Origin: Dictyostelium discoideum
Lineage: Eukaryota
NCBI GenBank assembly: GCA_000004695.1
Contig: CM000154.2
Location: 1,984,001 to 2,048,000 of the forward strand
DNA: 64,000 bases
Direction of reading: 5' to 3'
Position 1 is the first letter of the stretch. Each line of letters opens with the position of its first letter. Below the pieces are notes generated by a model, which worked only from the letters and a program-made list of their open reading frames with translations, was not told the DNA's origin and ran no database searches. Position numbers and translations under genes: made by a program. Shown here one piece after another: positions 10,269 to 24,351 of the stretch.

Positions 10269-12909
10269 TTAAATTGTTAATTGAACTAAAATTTTTTGAA
10301 TTAAATTTGTTAATGATTGTGGTGCATCTTGTTTTGATTTTAAAGTTTTTAATTCAGAAATAACATTTTGATCTTTCATTTTTTTACAAATTGATTCATC
10401 TAAAGAGAAATTGTAAAAAATATTTGAAAGGATAACATTTTGAAGTTCGGTACTAAAATTACAATTTGATTGAATTTGTGCAATTAATTTTTGATGATTT
10501 GGATCGGTAGTAATTGTTGATTGTTCTCTTGAGAGTTGTTGGAAAGGAATGATTGAAAGGGATAAAACTTCAACCAAATCTTTTACCCATGATGGACGTG
10601 ATAAAAAGAGTTGTTTATCATGTTTAATGAGTAAAACTAAACCTTTTGCACCTTCAACTTGTAAAATTGGGAAAGGAGATTGTAATAAACTAAAGAATGG
10701 TTCAACTGATTCCTCAATCAATTGTTTCATTTTCTCTTGATGATTTGATAATTCAGAATTATCTAAAAATCTAAGTAATAATCTAGTTGCTTCATAAATT
10801 ACTCTCATATCTTTCTTTGATTGTTTCTTTTCATTTGTTTTTTCATCTGTTTTTTCATCTGTTTTTTCAATTGTTTTTTCTTTTTCTTCAAATTTCTCTT
10901 CAATTTCTTGAATTTTAGCATCATCTAATTGTAATTGTTCTTGTTGATCAGATTCATCATCCATACTTGCAGGTACTCTACCATTGGCTAAATCCAATAA
11001 TGATTGAAGAGCATTTGGAAATTCCAAGAATAATTTTAAGTTTGATTGATCACAACCAATGAAATTCTTTATCAAAGATAAAGCAGCGAATTGAATGACT
11101 TGATTGTGTACTTTTGAATTGAAAACTACATCTTCCATCAAAGTTGAACTTGGTTTGAAACCTTTGTTTATAGTTGGAAGTGTGAGATTTCTAATGGAAG
11201 ATAAACCTAAATGTTGAATTGGTTGAAAATTTGGAAACTTTTTCATGATATCAGCAATTAGCTCAATGACATTGTATGAATTTAATAATCTACAATTTGG
11301 TTCGGATCTTGCGAGATTACCAATGATCATTTCACCATTTACAATTCTTTCAGTGTCTTCAGTATCGACCAATAAATCAACGAAAATCTTTGGAGTTTTA
11401 ATGAATTTATCGATTACATCATCCTCTAATGAACATAATGCAATGGTTTTCGTTATGTTTTTCTTCACTTTGGCAACATCCAATGCTTTCAATTGAGCCT
11501 TGCTATCGCCATCTTTATAGGCTGGTGGTGGTGATGTCATTATTTTTATCATTCTATCCAAAATGTTATTTGCATCGTTTCCATCTCTTTCCTTATTATA
11601 AAAGTATTGTCTATAGTCATCATTATCGGCTAATTTAAATATTAACTCTGATGTTGATGGTGCAATTGAAATATCCTTATCCTTTTCAATATCATCATCT
11701 TCAAATTGATTAATCATTTCTCTATGTACATTTGATTCTTCAATTAATTCAATTAAATCATTTAAAAATCCTTCTTTTAATATTTCTTTTTGTAAATCCT
11801 CTATTTTTCATTAAAAAAAAAAAAAATTTAAAAAAAAAAAAAAATTAAAATTAAAAATTATTATTATATTAATATCTTTTTAATGAATTCATTCAATATG
11901 AAAATTTAAGAGATATATATATAGAGATTGAAAAAAAAAAAAACCTACTATTAAGAGAAAGAGTTGATAATGATGAAACCAAATCATTAGCGAATGAATT
12001 TTCATAATAACCTTCTTTATTTAATGATTTCTTTAATTGTCCTAATAATCTATGAATTTCTTTGAAATGAATATCAACTTGAGTATTTTCTATTAAAATA
12101 ACAAATTAAAAATTTAAATAAAAATAAAAATATATTAATATTATACTATTATTTGATTTTATTTGAATTTATAATATTACCATTATCAACTAAATTATTA
12201 AATGCTTTAATTGCCATTTGATTAACTTCATCAGTTGTACCTTCTCTACAAATTAAATCGATTAAAATTGAAACTACTCCTAATTTAAAGAATTCAAGTT
12301 GAATAAAATCTAAAATAATAATAATAATAAAAATAATAATAATAAAAAAAATTAGTTTAAAAAAAATAATAAAAAATAATAAAAAAAAAAAAAAAAGATT
12401 AAATCTTACCAGTTTCAGAAGAAAGATTTGCAATGGCAGCACAAGAAGTTCTTTGTAATGATTGATACTTTGTTTGAGATACAAAACTTGAAATATATTT
12501 TAAAATGGAAGGAGTTTTATCAAAGATAAATTCACGATTTGGTGCATTTTCATAGGTTAAATTACCAAGTAATCTACAAACCATTGAAAATAATTCTGAT
12601 TGTTCAACTGTAGTATCTGTATTTAATGTTTCTACGCCATTTGGTAATAAGAATTCAAATAATTGAAAAGTTTTTTCAATTACATTTGATGGTGATCTAA
12701 TGATTGTTTCTCTATTATCTTCAACTTTTGACCAATCTGCTAATGTCTTATAAATTAATGTATTACTTTCAATAACTGTTTTCCCTTTTGATTTATTATC
12801 AATCTTTTTAATTAATAACTCTACTGCTTCTTCAGAATAATGTTCTGTATCTATAAATTAAATAATTTAAAAAAAAATAAAAAATAAAAAATAATTGTTA
12901 ATAATAATT

Positions 12910-12941
<32 letters not shown>

Positions 12942-13019
12942 TCATTATTATTATTACATACCTTTATCTTTATATTGTGAACCACCTAATTCATTAATTA
13001 ATTTTTGTATCTCTTCCAT
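10269..13019 (-). CDS. darA: armadillo-repeat protein, SmgGDS/Rap1GDS1-like (probably darlin). Exons 13019..12962, 12850..12410, 12309..12181, 12089..11949, 11800..10269 (~766 aa)
   Basis: Seen in sequence: ATG (rc of 13017..13019) gives MEEIQKLINELGGSQYKDK then a GTATGT donor. The four introns have GTATGT/GTAAGA/GTAATA/GTAGGT donors and AG acceptors, with phases consistent with ORFs 12399..12584, 12149..12484 and 10269..11717. ARM-like repeats run throughout. The size (~766 aa) and family fit Dictyostelium darlin (established knowledge; the gene symbol is inference). Confidence 0.6.
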
Positions 13020-13260
13020 TTTCAATATTTTATTTTTACTTTTTGAAAAAAAAAAATAAAAAAAAATGAAAAAAAAAATTTTATTTTAATGTCACTTCAG
13101 GGTAGGAGAAATAAAAAAAATAAAAAAAAAAAAAATTGAAAATAAAAAAAAAAGGGGTGGTTTTTGGTGGGTTAAATATTATTCAATGAATATTATTCAA
13201 AAAAAAAAATTATTATTTATTTATGATTTATTTTTAGAATTATTTTTAAATCATTAATAT

Positions 13261-13266
13261 TTTTTA

Positions 13267-13335
<69 letters not shown>
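13261..13335. repeat. (TTA)n microsatellite, ~25 units
   Basis: attattattatt... run in the intergenic region. Confidence 0.8.
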
Positions 13336-13336
<1 letters not shown>

Positions 13337-13455
13337 TTATTATTATTTTTTTCTAAATTATTAAAAAAATAATTCAATAATTATTGTTTTTCATTTTTAT
13401 ATATATATGTATTTATTAAATTATTTGAATTTTTTATTTTTAATTTTTTATTTTT

Positions 13456-14557
13456 TTATTTTGAAATTAATGGTAAAATATATTGATTGAATAAATCTTC
13501 TCTTCTTAACCAATCAGCATGTTTAACACCATCAACTTGAGTTAATTTTAATTTACCTTGATTATCTAATGTTTTTAAACCATATGAATCTTGTTGATAT
13601 GAGTAAGTTTCATTAATTGGAATCATAACCATATTTTCATTATAATAACCAAATAATTCTGAAATCCATGGATCAACGACTTCATCATCTTGTGAACCAA
13701 ATGCATTGAATGAACCACCAATACTACTAACAAAATTTGCTTTAAACTCTGGTGTTAACTCTGATAACTCTTGGTTAAGTGCTGGTAAAAAGAAATTCTC
13801 TTTTATATATCTATCATTATCTTTTGGATCATTCCACCAATTTGCAACACTAAATTCCTTTTGCATTGATGATGAATACATTAAATCTGTTAATTCCTTA
13901 TCTGTAAAATTACCAAACCAATAATCATTTGTAAATCCAACTCCAAAACTTTTTTTTTTTTTTATTTTTAAAAATAAAAATAGAAAAAAGGGTGGGGTGG
14001 TATGAAATAAAATAAATAAAAATTAATAATTGTTTAAAAATGAAAATATGTGTTTGTTTTTTTTTTTTTTTTTTTATGGATTGAATTTTTTGGATTTTTT
14101 ATATTTATAGTTTTAATTTTTTTAAAAAAACTTACACCCCATTATGAACACCAGCCAATGAAATAAAATTATCAACTTTGAAACCATACATTTCTACAAG
14201 TGATCTCATTAAAAGAGCACCTTGTGAATGAGCAATAATATGGAAACCATTTGCAAATGATGAATTATTTTCAAGGATTGAAGTCATTAATAAATAAATA
14301 TCGTTGATTTGAGTGAACATTGGTTTGGTTGATTTAAGATGATTGTCAACATCTAATGCAATTGCAATTTGATCTGGATTATTTTTTTGAATATATTTTA
14401 ACATTGTATCCCAATCAGTATTTGCTCCACAATCTTCGGAAATTGCAAATCCGTGCATTAATAAAATTGGTTTATATGAATCTGATTGAGATTTAACAAT
14501 ACAAACAACACTTAATAAAAGTGTACTTAAAATAAAAGTAATAAATAATTTATTCAT
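13456..14557 (-). CDS. ppt1: palmitoyl-protein thioesterase 1 (PPT1). Exons 14557..14136 and 13948..13456 (~304 aa)
   Basis: Seen in sequence: N-terminal signal peptide MNKLFITFILSTLLLSVVCIVKS; PILLMHGF, lipase serine motif AHSQGA, GVHNGVFG, and C-terminal DPWISELFGYY...LRREDLFNQYILPLISK all align with human PPT1. The intron has a GTAAGT donor (rc of 14130..14135) and AG (rc of 13949..13950), phase 2, in frame with ORFs 14132..14557 and 13456..13881. Confidence 0.8.
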
Positions 14558-15254
14558 CTTTTACTACTACTGTTACAACTATTACTAGTACCTAAACAAT
14601 AAATAATAACAAACTAACCACTGCTGAATTTAAAAAAAAAAAAAAAAAAAATTTTTTTTCGAAATTTCTGATTGATTTTTTTTTTTTTTTTTTTTTTTTT
14701 TTGGGTTTTTCCCGTAGTTAATTTTATTTTTTTATTTTTTTATTTTTATTTTTTCATTTTTATTTTTATTTTAATATTTAATTTAAAATATTTTAAAAAG
14801 AGATTATTCTAAATTATTATTTATTATTACTATATATATATATTATTATTATTACTATTATTTTTATCTATTTAGGTATTTTTTTTTTTTAAAATTAATT
14901 ATTCCAAACATTTTGAAATGTTTTTTTTTTTTCCTCTTTTAATTTTTTTTTTTTTTTTTTTTAATTTTTTAATTATTACTTGACAAATAAAAAAATAAAA
15001 AAATAAAAAATTTAAAAAAATAAAATAAAAAAAAATTATTAATTTAAAAGTATAAAAACTTTTTTTTTTTTTTTTTTATTTTTTCATTTTCTATTTTTTT
15101 TTTTAAATAATTCCTAACTTTCAAATTTTAGTTGATGTAAAATGTAAATATAAATTTTTTAATACTTTCCATGATTATTTATTTTTTAATTTTTTTTCTT
15201 CTATTTTTAATAATATTAGAAAATAATATTATTAAAATATAAATAAAGAAATAA

Positions 15255-15285
<31 letters not shown>

Positions 15286-16008
15286 ATCTTCATAATAAAC
15301 TTTAAATATATAAATATAGTATAAATATATTATAAATATTATTTTAAAACGATATCAAATTGAAATTCTGTTTATATTTAATTTTTTAATTATTTTTTTT
15401 TTTTAACACTATTTGTTTTTTTTTTTTTTTTTTTTTTTATTTTTTTTTTTTTTTTTCTTTTTCTTTTTTTTTTTTCAAAAATAATTTTTCAACGTTAAAA
15501 ACACCTCTTTCTTTTTATAATTAAATAAATCACAATAATAATTATTTTTTAATTTTTGTTAAATAAATCACAATAATAATTTTATTTAATTTATTATTTT
15601 TAAAATTTCTCTGTCATTGGAAAATTTTTTTTTTTGTTTTTTTTTTTTTTTTTTTTTTCACTTTTTTTTTTTTTTTTTTTTTCATTTTTTTTTTTTTTTT
15701 TTTTTGGACCAAAATATATTCCACTTGCTTTCGTTATACTAAAATAATTAATATATTAGTAAAATATTAAGCAAATTTTATTTTTAAAAATATATATATA
15801 TATTAAAAAAAATTACAAATAAAAATAATAATTATTCAAATATTTTACATAGAATAAAAAAATTATTTAAAATACAAATAATAATATTTTTTTTTTATAA
15901 AAAATTAAAATAAATAAAAAATAAAAAATAAAAAAAAGACTATAAATAAATAAAAAAAAATAAAAAAAGAAAAAAAAAAAATGTCAACAAACACAACACC
16001 AAATAAAA

Positions 16009-16594
16009 ATGCACCAAGGTAGCCCACCAAATAATAATCAAAAATCACCAGTGGCTAGTCCAAATACAGTTTTAAAACAAATTGAAAATGGAAAATTTAG
16101 GATTAATTTTACAGCAAAAAAAACAACAAACCCTGATGACAATATTACACTTGCTGACGATCCTTTAAATATTACCTCTGAGAAAGAAATAGAAGTTGGT
16201 AATAATAATAATAATTTAAATGAAAATTTTAAAAATAACGAAGAATCTATGGATATTGAAAAATCAATTAATAAAATTAATGGTGGTTCAAAAGAAAACG
16301 GTAGTGAAAACACAATTACAAATGGAAAAAATGAAAATGGTAATCATATAAATTCTAATGATTCAAAAAACGATAATTTAGAAAATAATAAAAAATTAAA
16401 TGGTAAAAACGAAGATGGTATGTATATTTTTTTTTTTTTTTTTTCTTTTAATCATTTTTTAAAATAAATTATATATTTTTTTTTTAAAAAAATAAAAATA
16501 AATTTAAAATAAAAAAAAATAAATCAAAAATTAAATAATAAAATCAAAAACAAATAAAAAATTAAATAACAAGACATAAAAAAAAAAAAAAAAC

Positions 16595-16632
<38 letters not shown>

Positions 16633-19459
16633 GAAAAAAAAAATATCATAAAAAAAAAGAATTTACAATAAAAGAAATAATAAAAAAATTCTAATCAAGT
16701 AAATAAAAAATAAATAAATAAAAAATAAATAAATTAAGAATAAAAATAAAAAATAAAAAAATAAAATAAAAAATAAAATAATAAAAAAAATAAAATAATA
16801 AAAAAAATAAATAATAAAAAAATAAAATAAAAAAAAAGAAATAATAAGAAGGAGAATAATTATTAAAAATCAAAAATTTTTTATTTAATTTAGAAAACAA
16901 CAATGAAAACTCATCAAAAGAAAATGAAAATAGTAATGAAAATAGTAATAATATGAATAATAAAGGGAAAGAAAAAGAAGCATTAAAACCAATTATAGAA
17001 GTTCCAGAGGAAGAAATGATTCAAAATAGTAGTAATAATAAAAACAAAAATACCGAAAATACCGAAAATACTGAAGATACAAATAAAAATAAAAATGAGA
17101 ATAAAAATTATTTCAACTATAAAGGTAGAAATAATCTTTCTGAAGAGGATGATTTAGTGGCAACAAATAGATTAGTTGAAGAATATATGTTAAAAACACC
17201 ACCACTCACCAAACAACTATTTCAAATGGATAAAAATCAAATAGAAACCTTTAGAATAGAATCAATGAATAAATATTTAGAAAATTATAAAGCTTCTAAA
17301 TATAGTAATATTACTAGTAATAAAAATAATAATGTAAATAATATAAATAATAATAGCCAACAACAAAACAATAATACAATGGTAATACCAATAACTACAA
17401 CTACAACATCAACGACAGCATCAATAAAATCAGCACCAACCTCACCAACGGCAACAGCAACGACAACTACTACAAATTCAATTAGTACTAGAAGGATGAC
17501 GGCAACAGCATCATCAACATCATCACCAACATCACCACCACCATCATCACCACCAAATTTATCAGTTCAACAACAACAGCAGCAACAGCAACAACAACAA
17601 TTAAGACAACAACAACAACAACTTCAACAACAAATTGAACAAATGCAACAGTTAATGAATGAAGAGGAAGCTCAACAAAAGGATGATAGTTTAGGAGAGA
17701 AAGGATCAGTATCTATGGAGAATTTAGCATATTTAGATCAACCGATTTATATTAGTAATGATGCACCAACTGAACCATTTATAGTTTGTCAAATTTGGGG
17801 TTGTGGTCAATTATTCACAGCTAGGGAATACAGAAATCATTTGGAGAATGAACATGATTCTTTGAATTGTAATGCAAATGGTAATCAAAATTACTTTAGT
17901 GGATATAACCATAATAACAATGGAGTCGATGTAATTAGCTATTCACAATTAACCGATAGAAATTCAATGGATAGATATTCAAAGGGTAGTTTACCTGTGT
18001 TAATCAATGGTTTACCAAAGAATTGGAATATTTCAAACTATAATCTACAATATCTCTTTCAAAAGTTACCCTTTAACAATGCAATGTGGTCAAGATTAAA
18101 CTTTAATACCGCTACAACTCAATGGGTTGGTAATGTTAATAAATTTCAAAAAACTGTAAATTCACCAAATAGATCATTCCATAAAAACTTTTGTTTAAAA
18201 GTTTCTTTTGATATACCTGTTTCTTGGGAACCGTTACCATACTTTAATTTAAATTATTTTAATGTTGTACAACAAACAACATCCAGTTGTAGTGGAAGTG
18301 GTAATGGTAGTAGTAATGGAATTGGTAATGGAATTGTTAATGATAATAATAATAGTAATAGTTTAAAAGGTGGTGCAGGACAAGGATTTTTAAAGAGTTT
18401 TTTATTTATTGGTAATCAAGGTTCAATAGTATCATTACATAGAAATTTTAGTGATGTTTCAATTTCAATGTTTAAAGGATCACAACGAGTTATCCTATTC
18501 CCACCAAATAAAATCTTAGAAATGGCTGCATACAATCGTTATCTCTTAAATCATCACAAAGATAGAACAAAATATATCTATTTCGATTATTATCTTTCTC
18601 CAGAAGATTTAGAATTAATTCAAAGATTCGGTGGTAAATCTGTTATCTTAAATAAAGAAGATACTTTATATATACCAGCTGGTTGGTATTATCAAATTAA
18701 TATTTTAGAAGAAGGTAAATAATATAATAATAATAATAATATAATATAATTTAACTTTTTTTTTTTTTTTTACTAATTATTATTTTATTTTATTTTCATT
18801 TAAATTTTTTTTTAGAAACAATTTCATTAAATTATTTTAATTTAACAACTTATAATTTAGAATTTTATATTCAAAATTTTAAACAATCAAATGATATAAT
18901 TTTAGCAGATTTATTTAAAGCTATTTTATTGGATTATTTTAGTCGTTGTAATTATTGGATTAATAATCAAAATCAATATATTTTAAAAGAGAATCAATCA
19001 ATATTATTCGTTGCAGATAAGGAACAAAAGTATTGGAATAGTTATGGTGTTGAATTAAAGAATCAATCAGTTTATCAACAAATTCTAATGGCATTACAAG
19101 AGGGTTTCATTCTATCCTCTTCAACATTATTGGTTAATAATTCAATCATTAGTAAAAGACAATTCCAAGAACAATTAAAACAACAACAAAGAAATTCAAA
19201 ACCAATCATTACAATTAATCATCCTCATCAAAATTTTTATCATCCTTATTTATCTCAAAGATTTTTATTATCTTCTTCAACTCCAAATACTACCACTACT
19301 TCCGCTACTACTTCAACATCATCATTATTATCTTCTTCCTCTAAAAATCTATTAAATATAATCGATCAAATTAATGTAATAGATAGTAATTTTTGTGATA
19401 ATTTAAAGAAAATCACTCATGATTTAAATTTTATTTTGATTTCAATTGCAACAAGATAA
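16009..19459 (+). CDS. JmjC-domain protein with a C2H2-type zinc finger. Exons 16009..16417, 16894..18714, 18816..19459
   Basis: Seen in sequence: a GTATGT donor at 16418 and AG at 16892-93 (phase 1, G+AA) link ORF 16009 to ORF 16953. A GTAAAT donor at 18715 and AG at 18814-15 (phase 1) link to ORF 18929. CQIWGCGQLFTAREYRNHLENEH is a C-x4-C-x12-H-x4-H finger. LFIGNQGSIVSLHRNFSD...ILFPP...LYIPAGWYYQINILEEETISLNYF is a JmjC cupin core. Confidence 0.7.
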
Positions 19460-19647
19460 AAATAAAAAAAAAAAATAAAAAAATAAACAAAAATAAAATA
19501 TTTTAATGAAAATTAAGAATAAAAAAATAAATAAAAAAAAAAAGGATTTGCTTTTTAAATTTATAAATAGATTTTTTAAAGTTTTAAATAGTTTTTTTTT
19601 ACAATCCTTTTATTTGTTTTTTTTTTTTTTTTTTTTTCCAGATTTGT

Positions 19648-20189
19648 TTAAGGTAATTCCCAAAATGTTTCATTAGTTTCTGTATTTAAATAATATTTTT
19701 CATTACTATCAGTATAGAGTACTTGATAAGGATATGGTGTGGGTGGTGGTCTTGATGAACTAAAACCACCATAGCTACTAGTGCTACCATTATATGAAGA
19801 GGATAAAGATGGTGATGAAACTGATTGGAAACTAGTTGAATAAGAAGATAAGGGTGAAGAAGATGGTGGTGAATGAGATTGTGTCATTTTTGGTCTTGAT
19901 GAAGTTGGTACCTTTGGTGGAATATTAATAGATTGTGTTTGATTTTGTTGTTTTAATAAAGATATTGATGGTGAACCTCTAGTTGGAATTGGTGGACCAC
20001 CACCGCCACCACTAGATGATGATGATGGAGATGAGAATGAAGGTGATGATGGTGTTGATCCAAATTTTTTGGGTAATGTTGCATTCCTATTAAAATTATT
20101 ACTAGTGCTTGTGGTTGTTGTTGTTGTTGGTGGTAAAATAGGTCTAGTTGTAGTTTTTGGTATAAATGATGATTTTGGTTTATTATCAT

Positions 20190-20245
<56 letters not shown>

Positions 20246-20638
20246 TATGATGATGTACTATTATTAGTTTTATCTGGTGATGGTGATGGTGATGGTGATG
20301 GTGATGGTATAATATCTTTAACATTAATTTCATTAATTTCCATACAAATCATTTTATCTAATTGAACTTGTGAATTGATTTCATTTTCTTCACCATCCAA
20401 TTGAAATGAAAGTGAAAATTTATCAGAGATTGTAATTTCAAATTTTAATTCAATCTTTTGTATAAAGGTTGATAAATTACATGGTACTGGAATTTGAATT
20501 AAACGTCTATCTTTATAAAATACTTTTAATGTAATTTTAACATCTTGAATCACACAACTAATTGGTCTTGATGGTAATTTCTTTGATGGAAGTGGTGGTG
20601 GTTTCGGTGGTAATGTTTTATTTGTCAATGGAGATATC

Positions 20639-20673
<35 letters not shown>

Positions 20674-21462
20674 CGATGACGATGATGGTGGTGGTGATGA
20701 TCCAAATGATGGTTTGGGTGTTGGTGGTAATTTTGGTGAAGAAGAGGATGACAGTGATGGTGAAGATGATGATGGTGAAGATGATGATGGTGGCGATGAT
20801 GGTCCTTTTAAAATATATGATGGTGGTGATGATGACATTGGTGTGGAAGGAGATGAAGATTGAATTGAAGAAGTTGTTGCAGAACGTTGTTTTTGTGGGG
20901 CATCTGAAACTTTTGGTGGTTTAAATAATAATGATAATGGAATTGGTCTAGTTGAAAAATTTAATTGTGAACCATCTTGAATTTTTTTACATTGATTCTT
21001 AAATTCTTGTGAATCAGATGGTTGTGAAAAACATTGAGTGGCTTGTAATGCAACTGACGAACCGGCTCTACCCAATGCTAATGCTTTATTGAAAAGTACT
21101 TCAGCTAATAATAATTTATGATCTAATCCCAATTGTTTGTAGTCAATGTATTCATGACCTCTGAGTTTTGATATGGTCTCATCGTAGTCCACAATTGCAT
21201 GATTTAACTCTCCATTCATATGATGAGCGATAGCTCTCATATAATAGGATGATGCTAAATATTTATCTTGTTCAACTGATCGATTGAAATATTCAATTGC
21301 ATTTCTAAAATTATTACTCTTTATATACATAACACCAATATTATAATTTATCTTTGATGTACTTTGTTCAATTGATGTTAAAATAGTTAATGCTTCTCCA
21401 ACATTACCGCTCTCATATCGTTCAATTGATTGATTCCATTTTTTAATAGTTTGTTTTAACAT
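19648..21462 (-). CDS. ncfA: p67phox (NCF2)-like NADPH-oxidase activator: four TPR repeats, PB1 domain, Pro/Ser-rich linker, C-terminal WW-like motif. Single exon, 604 aa
   Basis: Seen in sequence: the N-terminus aligns with human p67phox (INYNIGVMY / SVEQDKYLASSYYMRA / LRGHEYIDYKQLGLDHKLLLAEVLFN). The PB1-like segment is VIQDVKITLKVFYKDRRLIQIPVPCNL...FQLDGEENEI, and the C-terminus is YQVLYTDSNEKYYLNTETNETFWELP. The 604-aa length matches Dictyostelium ncfA (established knowledge; the symbol is inference). Confidence 0.65.
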
Positions 21463-21537
21463 TTTATTTTTTGTTTTGGAAAATTATTTTTTTTTTTGGA
21501 AATTTTTTTTTTTAAAAAAAATGTTTAGGAAAAATTG

Positions 21538-21539
21538 AA

Positions 21540-21611
<72 letters not shown>

Positions 21612-21700
21612 AAATAAATTAAATAATCAAATAAATAAAAAAATAAATAAATAAATAAAATAAAATAAATAAATAAATAAATAAATATAAATTTCGAATA
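21538..21700. repeat. (AAAT)n microsatellite, ~35 units with a few interruptions
   Basis: aaataaataaataaat... run directly upstream of the ncfA-like start codon. Confidence 0.85.
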
Positions 21701-22805
21701 AATAATATTAAAATAGTTATTATAATTAAATTTTAACTATTATTAAATTTTTTTTTTTTTTTTTTTTTTTTTGTTTTTTTTTGTTGTTTTATTCTTATTA
21801 TTTTAATATATGGGTGATTGCATCCATGTGATATAGAGATTTGTGTGTGTTGTGTGATTGTATATTTGTGAAAATAATATGTGTTTTTGTTTTGATTTTT
21901 TTTGTTTTTTGTTTTTTTTTTTTTTTTTGATTTTTAAATTGTCATGAGATTATTTTTTATTTTATTTTTTCTAATTATTTTGTGTGTAATTGCTTTTAAG
22001 AAAAAAAGACGGAAAAAATCAAAAAGAAAAAAAAAAACAGTCACTTTTTTTTATAACCATAACCTATTTTTAGGGAAAAATGTATTTATTTTTTATTTTT
22101 TATTTTTTTATTTATTTTTTTTTTTATTTTTTTTTTTATTTTTTTATTTTTTTTTTAATTTTTTTTTCTGGAGGTTCTTTGTGGCAAAATCCACTTTTTT
22201 TTTTTTTTTAAAAAATGTCAATAAACCCAATGGTTTTTCATTAAAAACAGATTTTTTTGATTTTTTATCCACCTTTTTCAAATAATTATCTTGAAGAATA
22301 ATCTATATTATAATCTCATCGTCGTTTAGAATAGAAAAAAAAAAAAAAAAAAAAAAAATAAAAATAATATTAATAAAAACAATTTTTTTTTTTTTACTAT
22401 TTGAGTGAGTATAATATAATTTGATCTTTTATCTACTATAGGTAAAATATTATATTGGTTGCATCAAAATAAAAATAAATAGAAAATAAAAAAAATTAAC
22501 CTTTATAGAAATTATTAATAATTAACCCAAGAAAAAAAAAATAAAAATAAAAAATAAAAATAAAAAAATAAAAATAAAAATAAAAAAATAAAAATAAAAA
22601 AAAAAATTTTTACAATCATTTTTTTTTTAATTAATTTTTTTTTTTTTTTTTAATTTATTTTTGTTTTTTTTTTTTTTAATTTGACCTTCCTATTCAATTT
22701 GGGTCACAATAAAAAAAAAAAAAAAAAAAACAAAAAAAAAAAAGAAAAAAAAAACAAAAAAAAAAAAAAAGATTTTTCCTATATTCTCAATAAACAAATA
22801 AATAA

Positions 22806-23411
22806 ATGAACACAAATGTAAGTTTTTTCTTTCTTTTTTTCTTTTTTTTTTTTTTTTTACTCACCTAAATTATATGTTGGTTTTAAAATGAAATTGAAAA
22901 AATAGAGAGTATTATTCTCAAAAGAGAATGTATTCGTTTACCCACCAGAGATTGAAAAGGGTATAAAAGGTACAATTTCATTATGTAGTTTAGATAAAGG
23001 ATCAATATTTTTATGTTGGATACCAGATATTGAAGAGAAAGAAGATGATCATTCATCATCATCATCATCATCGTCGTCAAATTTACAATCACCCAATGGT
23101 AAGAATCCATTAGCAGCATCGACAATCATTGAAATTGATGATCAAAATTCATGGGTAGTTAGAGTACATGTCAAAGAATTGAAATCAATTAAAAAGTATA
23201 CACCAAATATTGGTACTCCTTACATTATTATAACAAGTAAAAAAGGTACTGCTTTCTTTCCTTTCTTTTTTGAACATGGTGGCGTTAGAGAATTTTTAAA
23301 ATCATTATCTTCAATTATACATTTAAAAAAGTAAGTTATAACTATATATATATATATATAAATATATAAAATATATAAAAAATATATATATGGTATATAT
23401 ATATTAAAAAT

Positions 23412-23456
<45 letters not shown>

Positions 23457-24313
23457 AAAAGATCAAATTTAGATTCAAACTTTTTTACAGTTGTTGATTT
23501 TTCAGATCCAGTACAAAGAAGTTTATCAAGTATGAATTTATCAGATCATTTTTATAATAGTAATAATAAAGATGACTTATATAGTAGTAGTAGTAATAGT
23601 AGTAGTAATAGTGGTAATAGTAATAGTAGAAAACAAAAAGATCCTGTTATACCAGATTTTAATGATGATTTAACATTTGGTCATGATATGGATTTACATA
23701 ATCAAGATCAAGAAAAAGAAGATAGATATTCATTATTATCATCAACTAATCAATTAAAAAAAGCACAAGAAATTTCTGTATTATCATCACCACCCTCTTC
23801 TTCACATACAACTTCAATAAGTCCAACTTCAAATAAATCATCATCTTTTATTAATATTGGAAGTAATAATAATAATAACAACAACAACAATAATAATAAT
23901 AGTAGTGTATCATCATCACTTAGTAAATCAACAAATGGATTATCATTTTCATCAATATTATCAAGATCAACATCACCATCAGCTTCAACATCACCAATTC
24001 CAATTGAAAAATCAGGTAATAATAATGGTAGTAATAATAATAATAGTAGTAATATAACATCACCAATACCATCACCATCTTCTAAATTCTTATCAGCTAG
24101 TGGTGGTAGTGATAATGAAAATAATAGTAATAATACAAATAGTAATAACAATTCAAATAACAATGCAAACACTGGATCATTATCAACATCACCAACAAAT
24201 AAAAGAGCATTAAAACGTGAAATTTCATCAAGTATTTTTGATAATTTTGCAAAAGTAACACAATTAGCAAAATCTGCTCAAAAAAGTAAGTGTTTAATAA
24301 TAATTTATTTTTG

Positions 24314-24351
<38 letters not shown>

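Noticed and set aside
19953-20924. ORFs 19953..20333(-), 20069..20365(+), 20562..20924(+) rich in His/Asp/Met
   Set aside because: They are alternative-frame readings of the Ser/Pro-rich linker of the p67phox-like gene (the real frame is 19648..21462 -).
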